Shown: positions 18,728-26,964 of the stretch, one piece after another
Layout: each line of letters starts with the position of its first letter
How positions within the stretch are numbered: position 1 is the stretch's first letter
Source: an uncultured archaeon
GTDB taxonomy: Archaea; Aenigmatarchaeota; Aenigmatarchaeia; QMZP01; JACQNV01
Assembly (NCBI GenBank): GCA_964476045.1
Contig: CAYYYJ010000002.1
Coordinates: forward strand, 1 to 58,939
Length of the DNA stretch: 58,939 nt
Reading direction: 5' to 3'
Program-made: the position numbers and the translations under genes
The notes under the pieces: generated by a model
Seen by the model: only the letters and a program-made list of their open reading frames with translations
Told to the model about the DNA's origin: nothing
The model's database searches: none

Positions 18728-19915
18728 TTATACAGGGTTGGCGAGAAGCTGAGTATCAGCCTGTTTTGAAAGGTGATAAGCTAAAATTGGTTTTATTTGT
18801 AAAACACCCCTATCTATCATTTCATGGCTTTCAATAAGTCTGGCAGTCATATCTTTCTCCAAAATATTGGTTAATGGGATTGGAAACTCGTCTATAAGCC
18901 ACGCAAGTTCCCTGTACATGGCAGCTTCATATTCTTCCATGCCTTCCAACTCCATTTCATATATCCATAAAAACAGGTTCTCAGCCACCTTCTTGTTAAT
19001 TGCCAGAGGGGAATTTGGAATAAATCTTCTGATCCTGTAATCCAATCCGTGTTTCTGGCAAAATGCCTTTATTTTCTTCCCTAGAAAAGCCCATGAACTG
19101 TCTGTTGGCGAGAATTTTGCCTGATAAAGGCCTTTGTATTTCTCTGCCAACCCTTTCCTATATTTTTCCGCGGATTCGTAGAAAGCCGATTCCTGCCTGT
19201 CGCTCAATACCAATCCGCCGCCAAGGACAAATCTGCCACTGTTTTCTTTTGTCAGCTTTACAATAGATTCAAGGTTTTCATCACTGTCTGTAATAAAAGG
19301 GAGGACAGGCATAAGGGCTGTCCCTGTATATATTCCAGCTTCTCCCAGCGTTTTCATTGAAGCAAACCTGCTTTCTATTGAAGAAGCAAAAGGTTCGAAT
19401 ATCTCCCTGTAGCCTTTCGATCCAGAAGAATTAATACTGAAAACAACGCAAGCCCATGACTTTTCATTGATCCTCTTTATCAGATCCAGATCGCGCATGA
19501 CAAGAGGCGATTTGGCAATTATGAGGGTTGGAAAACCGCGCTTATAACACACTTCCAGCATTTTTCTTGACAGCCTGAACCTGCTTTCAATAGGCTGATA
19601 ATCCCCTGTTATAATTATGTCTTTTGGGACTTTGGAAAGTTCTTTGTCTAAAATTTCTGCAGCATTTGTTTTAATCCTGACAAATTGGGAAAACGGGTCT
19701 TTGAGGTTTTTTGTTAAATTGTTTTCAGTATTCAGCCCGTACATGTCCATGCGCAAAAAACAGTATGTGCACCCATATTGGCATCCAATGTATGGGTAAG
19801 CTGAATACTTTGACCAAAACCATCCCCCATCAATGTGCTTATTGGTTTTAAGCACGCTATCAACTTTTATTTCCTGGATAACCAGATCCGCCTGTGAATA
19901 TTTTTTGATGCCCAT
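18728..19915 (-). CDS. radical SAM protein (SplB/COG1533-like)
   Basis: GCQYGCTYCF = CxxxCxxC cluster motif near the N-terminus; 395 aa. Confidence 0.75.
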   Translation of the reverse strand: MGIKKYSQADLVIQEIKVDSVLKTNKHIDGGWFWSKYSAYPYIGCQYGCTYCFLRMDMYGLNTENNLTKNLKDPFSQFVRIKTNAAEILDKELSKVPKDIIITGDYQPIESRFRLSRKMLEVCYKRGFPTLIIAKSPLVMRDLDLIKRINEKSWACVVFSINSSGSKGYREIFEPFASSIESRFASMKTLGEAGIYTGTALMPVLPFITDSDENLESIVKLTKENSGRFVLGGGLVLSDRQESAFYESAEKYRKGLAEKYKGLYQAKFSPTDSSWAFLGKKIKAFCQKHGLDYRIRRFIPNSPLAINKKVAENLFLWIYEMELEGMEEYEAAMYRELAWLIDEFPIPLTNILEKDMTARLIESHEMIDRGVLQIKPILAYHLSKQADTQLLANPV

Positions 19916-19937
19916 GATGCTATTAATGCAAGTTTAA

Positions 19938-20808
19938 TTAAATGCTTTTTGCGATCAGCCTGTAATATCCGAATTTACCTTCCAGGTAAAGCCGGATAGT
20001 GAATAAAATGTCTTTTTTCAGATCGTCAGCCATTTTCTTGCCATATTCTGGGAATAAATTTTCTATTTTCGGCCTGAAATCCCTTTCAAAAACAGGTTCG
20101 AAATGCCTAGGCATAAGCTCCCTACCCACATTACTGACGTCTTCTATTTTTGTAATTTCAAAACCAGCCCCAGCCACAAATCTCTTATACTTTTCTATGG
20201 TACCAAAAGACGGGTTTTGCCACGTCTGCCTCAATTCTAAATGCTCTTCGTCTGCGATTTTCTCTGTAATTGTCCAGTCGTCAAAAGCCAAGACCCCCCC
20301 CCCGTCTTAGCACTCTACGGAAGCCTTTCAAAGCTTCTTCTTTATCTGGTAAATGATAAAACATGTTCATTGTCCAGACAACGTCAAAACAATTATCTTC
20401 AAATTGCAAATTTCCGGCATCATGAACAGAAAAGTCAACAAGATGATCCAGACGCATCCGTTTTGTCAATCGCCTTGCTGTTATTGTCTGGAGCTCACTG
20501 ATATTGATGCCATGTATCCGGCATCCGTACCTCTTAGCCAAATAGCGCGCAGGCCCGCCAATCCCGCAACCAACATCCAAAACATAATGACTGCCTTTTA
20601 TCTCAGCCAGCTCAGCGAGCCTTTTGGTTGATTCTATTGCACCGGCTCTCCATAAGCTTCCGGTTTTCCAGATGTTCTCATCATATACCATTGGCGGATG
20701 AAGGTGGTCTCCTGACAACAATCCAATCAGACCTCCGCCAGGCAATCCATATGCATGGCCAACTCTGTCGCTATCGTAGTATTTTGCTGCCACAGATTCG
20801 TCAATCAT
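19938..20808 (-). pseudogene. class I SAM-dependent methyltransferase split by a frameshift in a G10 run
   Basis: VLDVGCGIGGPARYL motif I in ORF 20281..20808; ORF 19938..20291 continues the fold. One fewer G at 20294..20303 fuses the two ORFs. Confidence 0.75.
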
Positions 20809-20871
20809 CTAAAATAAAACACTGTAAGAAATATAAAGCGCAAAGTATCTGCTATAAGCAATGCATAACTC

Positions 20872-20917
20872 CAAACAAGGTGATGAGGCGGCTGTTAAGG
20901 GATGAATACCAGAAGAT
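20872..20917 (+). pseudogene. relic C-terminal fragment of an acyl-CoA synthetase paralogue
   Basis: Encodes NKVMRRLLRDEYQK, identical in amino acids to 18666..18707 but with 7 synonymous codon changes. Confidence 0.6.
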
Positions 20918-20927
20918 TGCTCAATGT

Positions 20928-21485
20928 TTATTTTAATTTTATACCTTGATTCTTTTTGTGTATACCTCTTTTTCCGTGTGATGGTCTAGGAGGTAGAGTT
21001 GATTCTTCTTCCAGATAGGGAGCACGCCTTATAAGATGCTCTAAAAAAGGTTCAGTATCCTCTATTATTTTCAATTCAACAGTTTTTTGCCATAAGCCTG
21101 TATCTTTATCAAAACTCCATTCAGCACCCAATAGGTCATCCATAAGACTAAGATTGCTGTCATTTTTTACCCCACTTAAAAATTCACGCTCCTCCTTAAT
21201 GCTTCTGGGATCACTGATTCTATAAAATACCAGATAAATTCCGTACCTGAAAAATTTTGCTGTGACCCTTCTGTCTGAGTAGGCTAGTATATCTCCTCTA
21301 TCTCCATTTTGTCTGGTATAAGATAGGCTGCAGTTAGGGCCATATGATAATTTTGTTTCAGCCCTGCCGAAATCAAATGTACCGTCTAAATCCAGTTTTC
21401 TCCTATCAGGGCTGACAAAATCTGCCCTGTTTGTCAAACCGCTGAAAATCTCGTATAAAGGAAGTTGTCCATTTACAGGTTGCAT
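20928..21485 (-). CDS. hypothetical protein
   Basis: 185 aa ORF. Confidence 0.45.
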   Translation of the reverse strand: MQPVNGQLPLYEIFSGLTNRADFVSPDRRKLDLDGTFDFGRAETKLSYGPNCSLSYTRQNGDRGDILAYSDRRVTAKFFRYGIYLVFYRISDPRSIKEEREFLSGVKNDSNLSLMDDLLGAEWSFDKDTGLWQKTVELKIIEDTEPFLEHLIRRAPYLEEESTLPPRPSHGKRGIHKKNQGIKLK

Positions 21486-21808
21486 CTATATGGTAGGTTA
21501 GAGAAGCTTTATATGTTTTTTGTCCTGGCCATTTCAGCTTCTCAGAGAGAATTAGACCCATCTTTGGTAATCTACGAATCTGATAAAATAAGGTCAGAAC
21601 CATTTTCTGGCATCTCTAAAATTACAGGAGGCGCATATAAAAAATAACCGTCAATACAAAAAATATAAGATTTGTGTTCAGGGACAGGAAGGAGCCAACA
21701 AACCTGTCCCCAGACACAAGAAGAGGAATTTACTAGCCTACGAATATAAGTTATTAAGGAATTCTCACGCATTATATAAAGCTTTTCCCTAGTTTAGACC
21801 CAAATTCA

Positions 21809-21902
21809 GCCCTTTCTTTTCCCGATGGACTGAAACCGATTTCCGTTCGATCTATTCGAAATCGGTTTCGACCCTTTAAAGTGTTGAGATCCCAAAGAAA
21901 AA
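21809..21902 (+). repeat. palindromic element copy G with outer arms
   Basis: GCCCTTTCTTTTCCCGATGGACTGAAACCGATTTC[loop]GAAATCGGTTTCGACCCTTTAAAG...CCCAAAGAAAAAA. Confidence 0.75.
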
Positions 21903-21994
21903 ACGTTGAGATTAAGCCTTATAACCCAAGAAAGAAAAGGATTTACACCTATACCCAAAGAAAAACAATAGGCCGAATAAAACCAATAACCAAC

Positions 21995-22639
21995 TTAAGC
22001 AACCAGTTTCCCGCTAACCAACCTCGGGATTTTTCCAGAAGTGTCGAGTTTCAAAGAAGCCATTATTTGTTTTCGGAGTATAAGTAATCTGAAAATATTT
22101 CGTATGCTGCCTTTAGTGATTTTATCTCTGCTGGATTGGAAGGTTCCAGGATCTTTATCTTCTAACAAGGATCTCAAGTAGCCAGCAAAAGTCTCATCCT
22201 CTACATTCCTTCTTTTCCCATAATCTCCCATCGGAACTAACGTTACCAGCTTCGGATTTTTCTTTTTTATATAATTAACAAGGGAAGAGCAGTTCAGAAA
22301 GCAGCCTACTATAACTTCGTCAGCTTTCTTGGCCCCCAGAATTCCTTTTGTGCCTGCATCTGTTTTTACTATCACCCTTTTTCCAATAACTTTCGCATCA
22401 ATATAATGAGGCGAATTGTAGAGATCAACTTTCCTAAAGTGCTTTATCTCCCCGCAGATCAGATCCCCGCTTTTTTTTATCTCAAAGGCTTTATCCAAAG
22501 AATCTACTGGAATAACTTCTTTTGCACCTTTTTCAAAGCACTGGACTATTGTTGAGCTTGCGTTGATTACGTCTATGATTACAACTAGGCCTTCTGCTGA
22601 TTGTGCCCCTTCCAAACAGGATTTTATTAAAACTTTCAT
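21995..22639 (-). CDS. comB: 2-phosphosulfolactate phosphatase (ComB) family protein
   Basis: LVVIIDVINASSTIVQCFEKGAKEVIPV is typical of the ComB family. Confidence 0.7.
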   Translation of the reverse strand: MKVLIKSCLEGAQSAEGLVVIIDVINASSTIVQCFEKGAKEVIPVDSLDKAFEIKKSGDLICGEIKHFRKVDLYNSPHYIDAKVIGKRVIVKTDAGTKGILGAKKADEVIVGCFLNCSSLVNYIKKKNPKLVTLVPMGDYGKRRNVEDETFAGYLRSLLEDKDPGTFQSSRDKITKGSIRNIFRLLILRKQIMASLKLDTSGKIPRLVSGKLVA

Positions 22640-22643
22640 ATTA

Positions 22644-22762
22644 CGCCATCACCCGGACTCGAACCGGGATATCCCGTCTTCTGAGAAATTGGAATGCTCA
22701 ATTTCAGTATGTGAAGGAAACAGGCTTTCCAGGCCTGCGCAGTACCATTGTGCCATGATGGC
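22644..22762 (-). tRNA. tRNA-Ser(GGA), class II, with ~37-nt intron in the variable arm
   Basis: Sense GCCATCA-TG-GCA..TGC-G-CAGGC-CTGGAAA-GCCTG-[52-nt variable region]-CCCGG-TTCGAGT-CCGGG-TGATGGC-G; the variable region is about 35 nt too long. Confidence 0.7.
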
Positions 22763-22816
22763 TTTTGATCGATCGCTTGTTTATCTAACATTATCTAGAA
22801 CAAGACTATAAATAAT

Positions 22817-23029
22817 CTATTTCATCTTTTGAGGGATACCCAGCCTAGTGTTACCCATTCTTCCCTTAACGCATTTTTTGCAAGCCCCTATGTTGTGATG
22901 ATAACAGCTCAGACAGATTATCGCACCACAGATGTTGCATGTGTATGCTGGCTTCGCTACAGATCCGCACAAATTGCATAAACCTGAGATGTTTGTCTGG
23001 GTTTCGAGAAGTCTGCTGCCAATTGCCAT
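22817..23029 (-). CDS. small zinc-ribbon protein
   Basis: CNLCG...CNICG...CLSC...CKKC. Confidence 0.45.
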   Translation of the reverse strand: MAIGSRLLETQTNISGLCNLCGSVAKPAYTCNICGAIICLSCYHHNIGACKKCVKGRMGNTRLGIPQKMK

Positions 23030-23068
23030 ACAAATACTCGGTTTTTAAGAATAAAAATGTTATCTGAT

Positions 23069-24676
23069 TTATTCATCTGCTATAAATCTTAATGTATATT
23101 CAGTGTTATCTGGTATTGTTGGTGTCTTTAGATCGCCACCTTCGACCTTTTCAGTCCTTATACACACGTAATCATCACCTATGTCATGTCCATAAGGAGC
23201 GGTTGCCTTCACTTCCCTAGGGTTTTTTATTCTTGTATCCAATGTCCAAATAGGCGATCTCCTGATTTCCCCATCGCCTTTTTTCTTAATCGTAAATTCA
23301 TACTCGACACTGCCATCTTTTCTCACTTTTCTTTCTGATATTTTTTCAAAAGGCATCTCTACTTTCGGATTTCTTCTGAGTCTGGCCTTTGATTTAGGAT
23401 TTCCATATAAAATTTGTTTTGTTGGATAAAACTGAGATGCCAGGTCTCTCATACCCATCTGTGCTGTCGGGTTTTCTTTTCTCCATTCAGCCAACCACTT
23501 TCTTTCTAAAATTGTGCCGATCTCATTTGCTAACCTTGCTTTTGTTATACTAGGCTCTTCCCCGCTTAATCTGTCAACAAGACCAAATCCATGCCTGCCA
23601 TCGAAAGTATCGAATGGGTAGCCTACCAAAACAACTGCTCCTGCATCTCTCATATAAGCTAGACAGGAAGAGTTTTCTGGATCTTCTATTCTGCCTGCCT
23701 GGCAAGTAGCTGGAAACAGGACAACTTTAGGATTTTTTGAATCAACTCTTTCTGATGTTCCGTCTGGGTGTACAAAATATAGTTTTCCATCGAAAGCAGT
23801 TGGATTAGACCCTTTGTAATTCCAGCCGCCTACTTGCCCATGAGAATTTCCGTGGCCTCCTGCCCAAACAAACAAATCTATCGATGCCCTGTTCAGTAAT
23901 CTCAGAATTTCGTCTCCGTCCCGGGAAACATAACTAGTTTTTAATTTACCATCCCCTTCAATTATAAGCTTTCTAACTTTTCCATTTGGATCCAGCTTAC
24001 CATCTTCTCCTGTTCTAGCTTCAGCATATGCAGTGCCGTTCATTGAATTATCTATAATGCCTTCTGCGCCTTTCGCAACAACATGCCTTATTTCTAGGTC
24101 AGTTGTAGATATCATCCTATAAGCTGTATCCCAATCCAGCAAACCGTCCTTGCTTTTCTGTATTGGGATCGATCCAGCTATCGCATCTGGTTCTGGATCA
24201 GGATCGATCTGAGAAGCCATGATATTGACTTTTACAGGATTGCAGGAGCTCACTGCGTCATGGATTTTTTGCCAGTTGCCTCCGTCTAATTCAGGCAAGT
24301 CTTTCAGAGCCATTTTATCTGCAGTATCCAGATAAAGAATATGCCTGAGTTTCTTTTCTTTTAACAACCCGAAAACTTCTGTAGGATCTGAATTGTATGG
24401 CGCAAATATTGCACCTTGCTTTTTTAACTCGTCAAAAGATTTCTTGCCGTTCTCATCTTTCAGCAAATTCTTTTGGACTATGACAACAAAATCTGTTTTG
24501 TCTTTGTCCTGAGCTTCCAAATTTGTGGGAGATAAAGAATATGCTACATATAAAGCAGCAGCAAGACCTGCATACCTGCCTCTTGGCTTTCTAGATGCGT
24601 ATCCTGCCTGAGCTAATGCAGAGTAACCAACTGAGTCTACTAATGTTCCCATCCTCCTATTAGAAAGTCTTGCCAT
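23069..24676 (-). CDS. membrane-anchored protein with putative clan-CD (gingipain/caspase-like) cysteine peptidase domain
   Basis: N-terminal hydrophobic segment; WAGGHGNSHG (His-Gly), then about 50 aa later FPATCQAGR (Cys), resembling the His/Cys dyad spacing. Confidence 0.4.
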   Translation of the reverse strand: MARLSNRRMGTLVDSVGYSALAQAGYASRKPRGRYAGLAAALYVAYSLSPTNLEAQDKDKTDFVVIVQKNLLKDENGKKSFDELKKQGAIFAPYNSDPTEVFGLLKEKKLRHILYLDTADKMALKDLPELDGGNWQKIHDAVSSCNPVKVNIMASQIDPDPEPDAIAGSIPIQKSKDGLLDWDTAYRMISTTDLEIRHVVAKGAEGIIDNSMNGTAYAEARTGEDGKLDPNGKVRKLIIEGDGKLKTSYVSRDGDEILRLLNRASIDLFVWAGGHGNSHGQVGGWNYKGSNPTAFDGKLYFVHPDGTSERVDSKNPKVVLFPATCQAGRIEDPENSSCLAYMRDAGAVVLVGYPFDTFDGRHGFGLVDRLSGEEPSITKARLANEIGTILERKWLAEWRKENPTAQMGMRDLASQFYPTKQILYGNPKSKARLRRNPKVEMPFEKISERKVRKDGSVEYEFTIKKKGDGEIRRSPIWTLDTRIKNPREVKATAPYGHDIGDDYVCIRTEKVEGGDLKTPTIPDNTEYTLRFIADE

Positions 24677-24748
24677 GAGAATATCTTAATTTATTGGTTT
24701 AAATATGTTCCTGTTTAGCTACCTAAAAGTAACTATGATATAAATAGA

Positions 24749-24763
24749 TATAACAATGTTATA
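24749..24763. promoter_or_regulatory. palindrome TATAACAATGTTATA
   Basis: Variant of the 2293/2391 palindrome, upstream of the minus-strand peptidase gene. Confidence 0.4.
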
Positions 24764-24824
24764 TAAATAGTAGTTGTCAAAGTAACTTCAGTTTTTGCTT
24801 AAGCGTTGAATGGATGAAAGCGGG

Positions 24825-25241
24825 TTACAAAAGCTTTAGAAATTCATCTGCTTTCACTATTTTTGTTAGGTGGAATTCTTTGAGGTTCAACAAGTGTGGA
24901 TCTCCTGTAACTATGTAGTCTGCTTTAGCTGTTACAGCACACTCTATTATTTTATTATCGTCTGGATCGTCTCTAACAGCCTGAATCGTGTTTGCCGGTT
25001 TGACAACTTTTGCATATTCCAAAATTAAAGCTATCTGACTTTCAATAAAATCGTGGTCTTCAAGAAAATCCCTTTTCAAGACCCTTTCCAACTCTTCCAA
25101 TATTTGTGGTGATGTGAAAACCTGTATTTTTCCATCTATAGCAAGCTCCACTATCTGGTGAGGTTTGCCCAGCCAGAAGACAGAGGAAACATAAATGTTG
25201 GTGTCCAAAACAACCCTAAGCTTTTCGTTTTCTTCCTTCAC
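24825..25241 (-). CDS. PIN-domain toxin
   Basis: VVLDTNIYVSSVFW...; paralogue of 31290..31691. Confidence 0.8.
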   Translation of the reverse strand: MKEENEKLRVVLDTNIYVSSVFWLGKPHQIVELAIDGKIQVFTSPQILEELERVLKRDFLEDHDFIESQIALILEYAKVVKPANTIQAVRDDPDDNKIIECAVTAKADYIVTGDPHLLNLKEFHLTKIVKADEFLKLL

Positions 25242-25482
25242 GGATTATTCTCACAACGTCTTCTTCTGATTTTATTCCTAATTTCTTTGCGTGCTTTATT
25301 CCAAAATTTGTCAGCCTTTCAAATTCTTTTGTCGGGTCTGGAATATTTATTTTTTTTAATAGGATAAAGTCCTCCATTCTGCTTACAACCAGCTGTGAAC
25401 CTTCCTCTAATTCTAATTCCTGCCTAATGTGAGAAGGTATTACAACCTGCCCTTTTGTTGAGATTGTAGTTATTTCTGCCAT
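25216..25482 (-). CDS. AbrB/SpoVT-family antitoxin
   Basis: ISTKGQVVIPSHIRQELELEEGSQL; overlaps the PIN gene. Confidence 0.8.
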   Translation of the reverse strand: MAEITTISTKGQVVIPSHIRQELELEEGSQLVVSRMEDFILLKKINIPDPTKEFERLTNFGIKHAKKLGIKSEEDVVRIIREGRKRKA

Positions 25483-25564
25483 ATAAGAATGTATTACTTT
25501 CTTACCTTATAAAGGTTTTTATTATAATTTAAGAAGCCACAATTAAGACTCAAGACCGATGACT

Positions 25565-25643
25565 GAGTACCGAAGACTGCAGGAACTGCTTACTCCTGTT
25601 CTATTGGTTAGGTCTTGGGTTCTGAGTTCTGGGTCCTGAATCC
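25565..25643 (+). repeat. repeat X (about 85% identical to 33062..33145)
   Basis: CCGAAGACTGCAGGAACTGCTTACTCCTGTTCTATTGGTTAGGTCTTGGGTTCTGAGTTCTGGGTCCTGAA. Confidence 0.75.
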
Positions 25644-25666
25644 ATAATTAAAACTGTATTGCGTGT

Positions 25667-26296
25667 TTATTTAATTACTTTGTCCAGTTTATCCACCAAA
25701 GATTTTATCAACTCTGTATTGTTATTGTTGGATTTCACAAGCTCTTCCATAAGCTGTGATATATTATTATCTACTTTAATTATATTTTTGGCAATATCTC
25801 CATATTTCCCGTCCATTGTATTGAAATTTTTATTTGTATCTTCTCTTAAATTATCAACCTTCTCTCCCACTCCACAAACCTTCCTCCCAACACCATCAAC
25901 TTTTTCTCCAACAGCATCAACATTATCCCTAACATCTGATAAAATAAGAGATCCTATCTCAAGTCTCTCCAAGTTTGTCTTCTCAAAAGGAGTTTTGGCC
26001 TCTTCTCCATAATCTATATAAAAAAATCCTAATTTTTCCTTCACACCAATAGGTGTTTCTACAATTTTATCAACATGAAGGTGAAATGGCCCCTGTTTTT
26101 TGGATTTTATATTAACTTCTTTTTTAAAAGTCTCTATTGATCTGGCTTCTCCTTGGCAGAGTATTTGTACTGTTCCATCGTGCATGTTTTGAACATATCC
26201 TTTTAATCTGAGCTTTCTAGCTATCTGATTAACTAAAGCCCTGTATCCTACACCCTGTACATTCCCTTCAGCAACAAGTTTTATTGCAGTTTCCAT
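25667..26296 (-). CDS. acylphosphatase-domain protein with C-terminal heptad-repeat/coiled region
   Basis: N-terminus VAEGNVQGVGYRALV...GYVQNMHDGTVQILCQG; middle VDAVGEK-VDGVGRK-VCGVGEK tandem heptads. Confidence 0.7.
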   Translation of the reverse strand: METAIKLVAEGNVQGVGYRALVNQIARKLRLKGYVQNMHDGTVQILCQGEARSIETFKKEVNIKSKKQGPFHLHVDKIVETPIGVKEKLGFFYIDYGEEAKTPFEKTNLERLEIGSLILSDVRDNVDAVGEKVDGVGRKVCGVGEKVDNLREDTNKNFNTMDGKYGDIAKNIIKVDNNISQLMEELVKSNNNNTELIKSLVDKLDKVIK

Positions 26297-26327
26297 AGTT
26301 GCCTATTGGCTTTTAGCATATAAATAA

Positions 26328-26500
26328 CGGGCCCGGTGGGAAACCAACTTTGCAATCGGTTCCTGCTGTCTTGTGTCCTGTGTTTTGAGTTCTGAGTCTT
26401 GACGGTCTTCTACCCGCTGTCCTGAGTCCTGTGTTTTGGGTCTTGACGGAAGTCTTCTGTCCACGTGTCTTGAGTATTGGACGACTCATTTGAAGACATG
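26328..26500 (+). repeat. duplicated tRNA-Lys 3' exon (14 nt) plus GT/CT-rich degenerate repeats
   Basis: CGGGCCCGGTGGGA is identical to 33194..33207; followed by GTCYTGAGTYCTG-type repeats, including a ~45-nt imperfect tandem pair. Confidence 0.65.
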
Positions 26501-26522
26501 AGTGGAATTGTAAGTTCCTGAT

Positions 26523-26936
26523 TTAAATTGCTATGTTTTTCTCTTGACATTTTTTGCATATACCGTCTACATTTATCTGGAAATGACAGACTTTAGCTTC
26601 GATATTTTTGAGAAAATCTATTGACTCTATATCTATATGAGTTGATTTTAGGCATTTTTCACAGGTAAAGTGTGAATGATTTCTAGAATTTGATGAATAG
26701 ACAACTTTTCCCTTACAACTATACGAATATATTCTATGTGTTTTTCGCATGTCTTTTAGGAATCTGTAGACAGTTGCGAGTCCTATGTTACCTTTTTTCT
26801 TTTTTACTTTTTCGTAGAGATCCTCAGCAGTAAAGAAGGTGCTCAGATTTTTCAATTCTTCTAATATAACCTTCTTTTGTTCTGTCTGTCTTGAAACCCT
26901 TCCCATATCCTTATTGATAATGATAGTCATTAACAT
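26523..26936 (-). CDS. Fur-family metal-responsive repressor (Zur-like by context)
   Basis: LATVYRFLKDM wHTH, C-terminal HSHFTCEKC...CKKC metal sites; divergent from the COG0523 gene. Confidence 0.8.
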   Translation of the reverse strand: MLMTIIINKDMGRVSRQTEQKKVILEELKNLSTFFTAEDLYEKVKKKKGNIGLATVYRFLKDMRKTHRIYSYSCKGKVVYSSNSRNHSHFTCEKCLKSTHIDIESIDFLKNIEAKVCHFQINVDGICKKCQEKNIAI

Positions 26937-26964
26937 TTATAAATATATACATTGAAATCCAGAC

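Noticed and set aside
21750-21900. Possible SRP RNA or RNase P RNA in the structured intergenic regions
   Set aside because: The universal motifs I can recall (for example the RNase P GAGGAAAGTCC, or SRP helix-8 features) are not present.
21406-22087. Short ORFs (60-68 aa), including the very basic 21881..22087 ORF, in the region around element G
   Set aside because: They overlap the palindromic element, its flanking repeat block and the comB 3' end. No start-site context or motif supports them. A small basic protein cannot be fully excluded.
26461-26522. Searching upstream of the duplicated tRNA-Lys 3' exon for a matching 5' half (a split tRNA gene)
   Set aside because: No GTGGGTTCAAAT, D-arm or acceptor 5' strand occurs in the adjacent sequence or elsewhere in the window apart from the tRNA-Lys gene itself.
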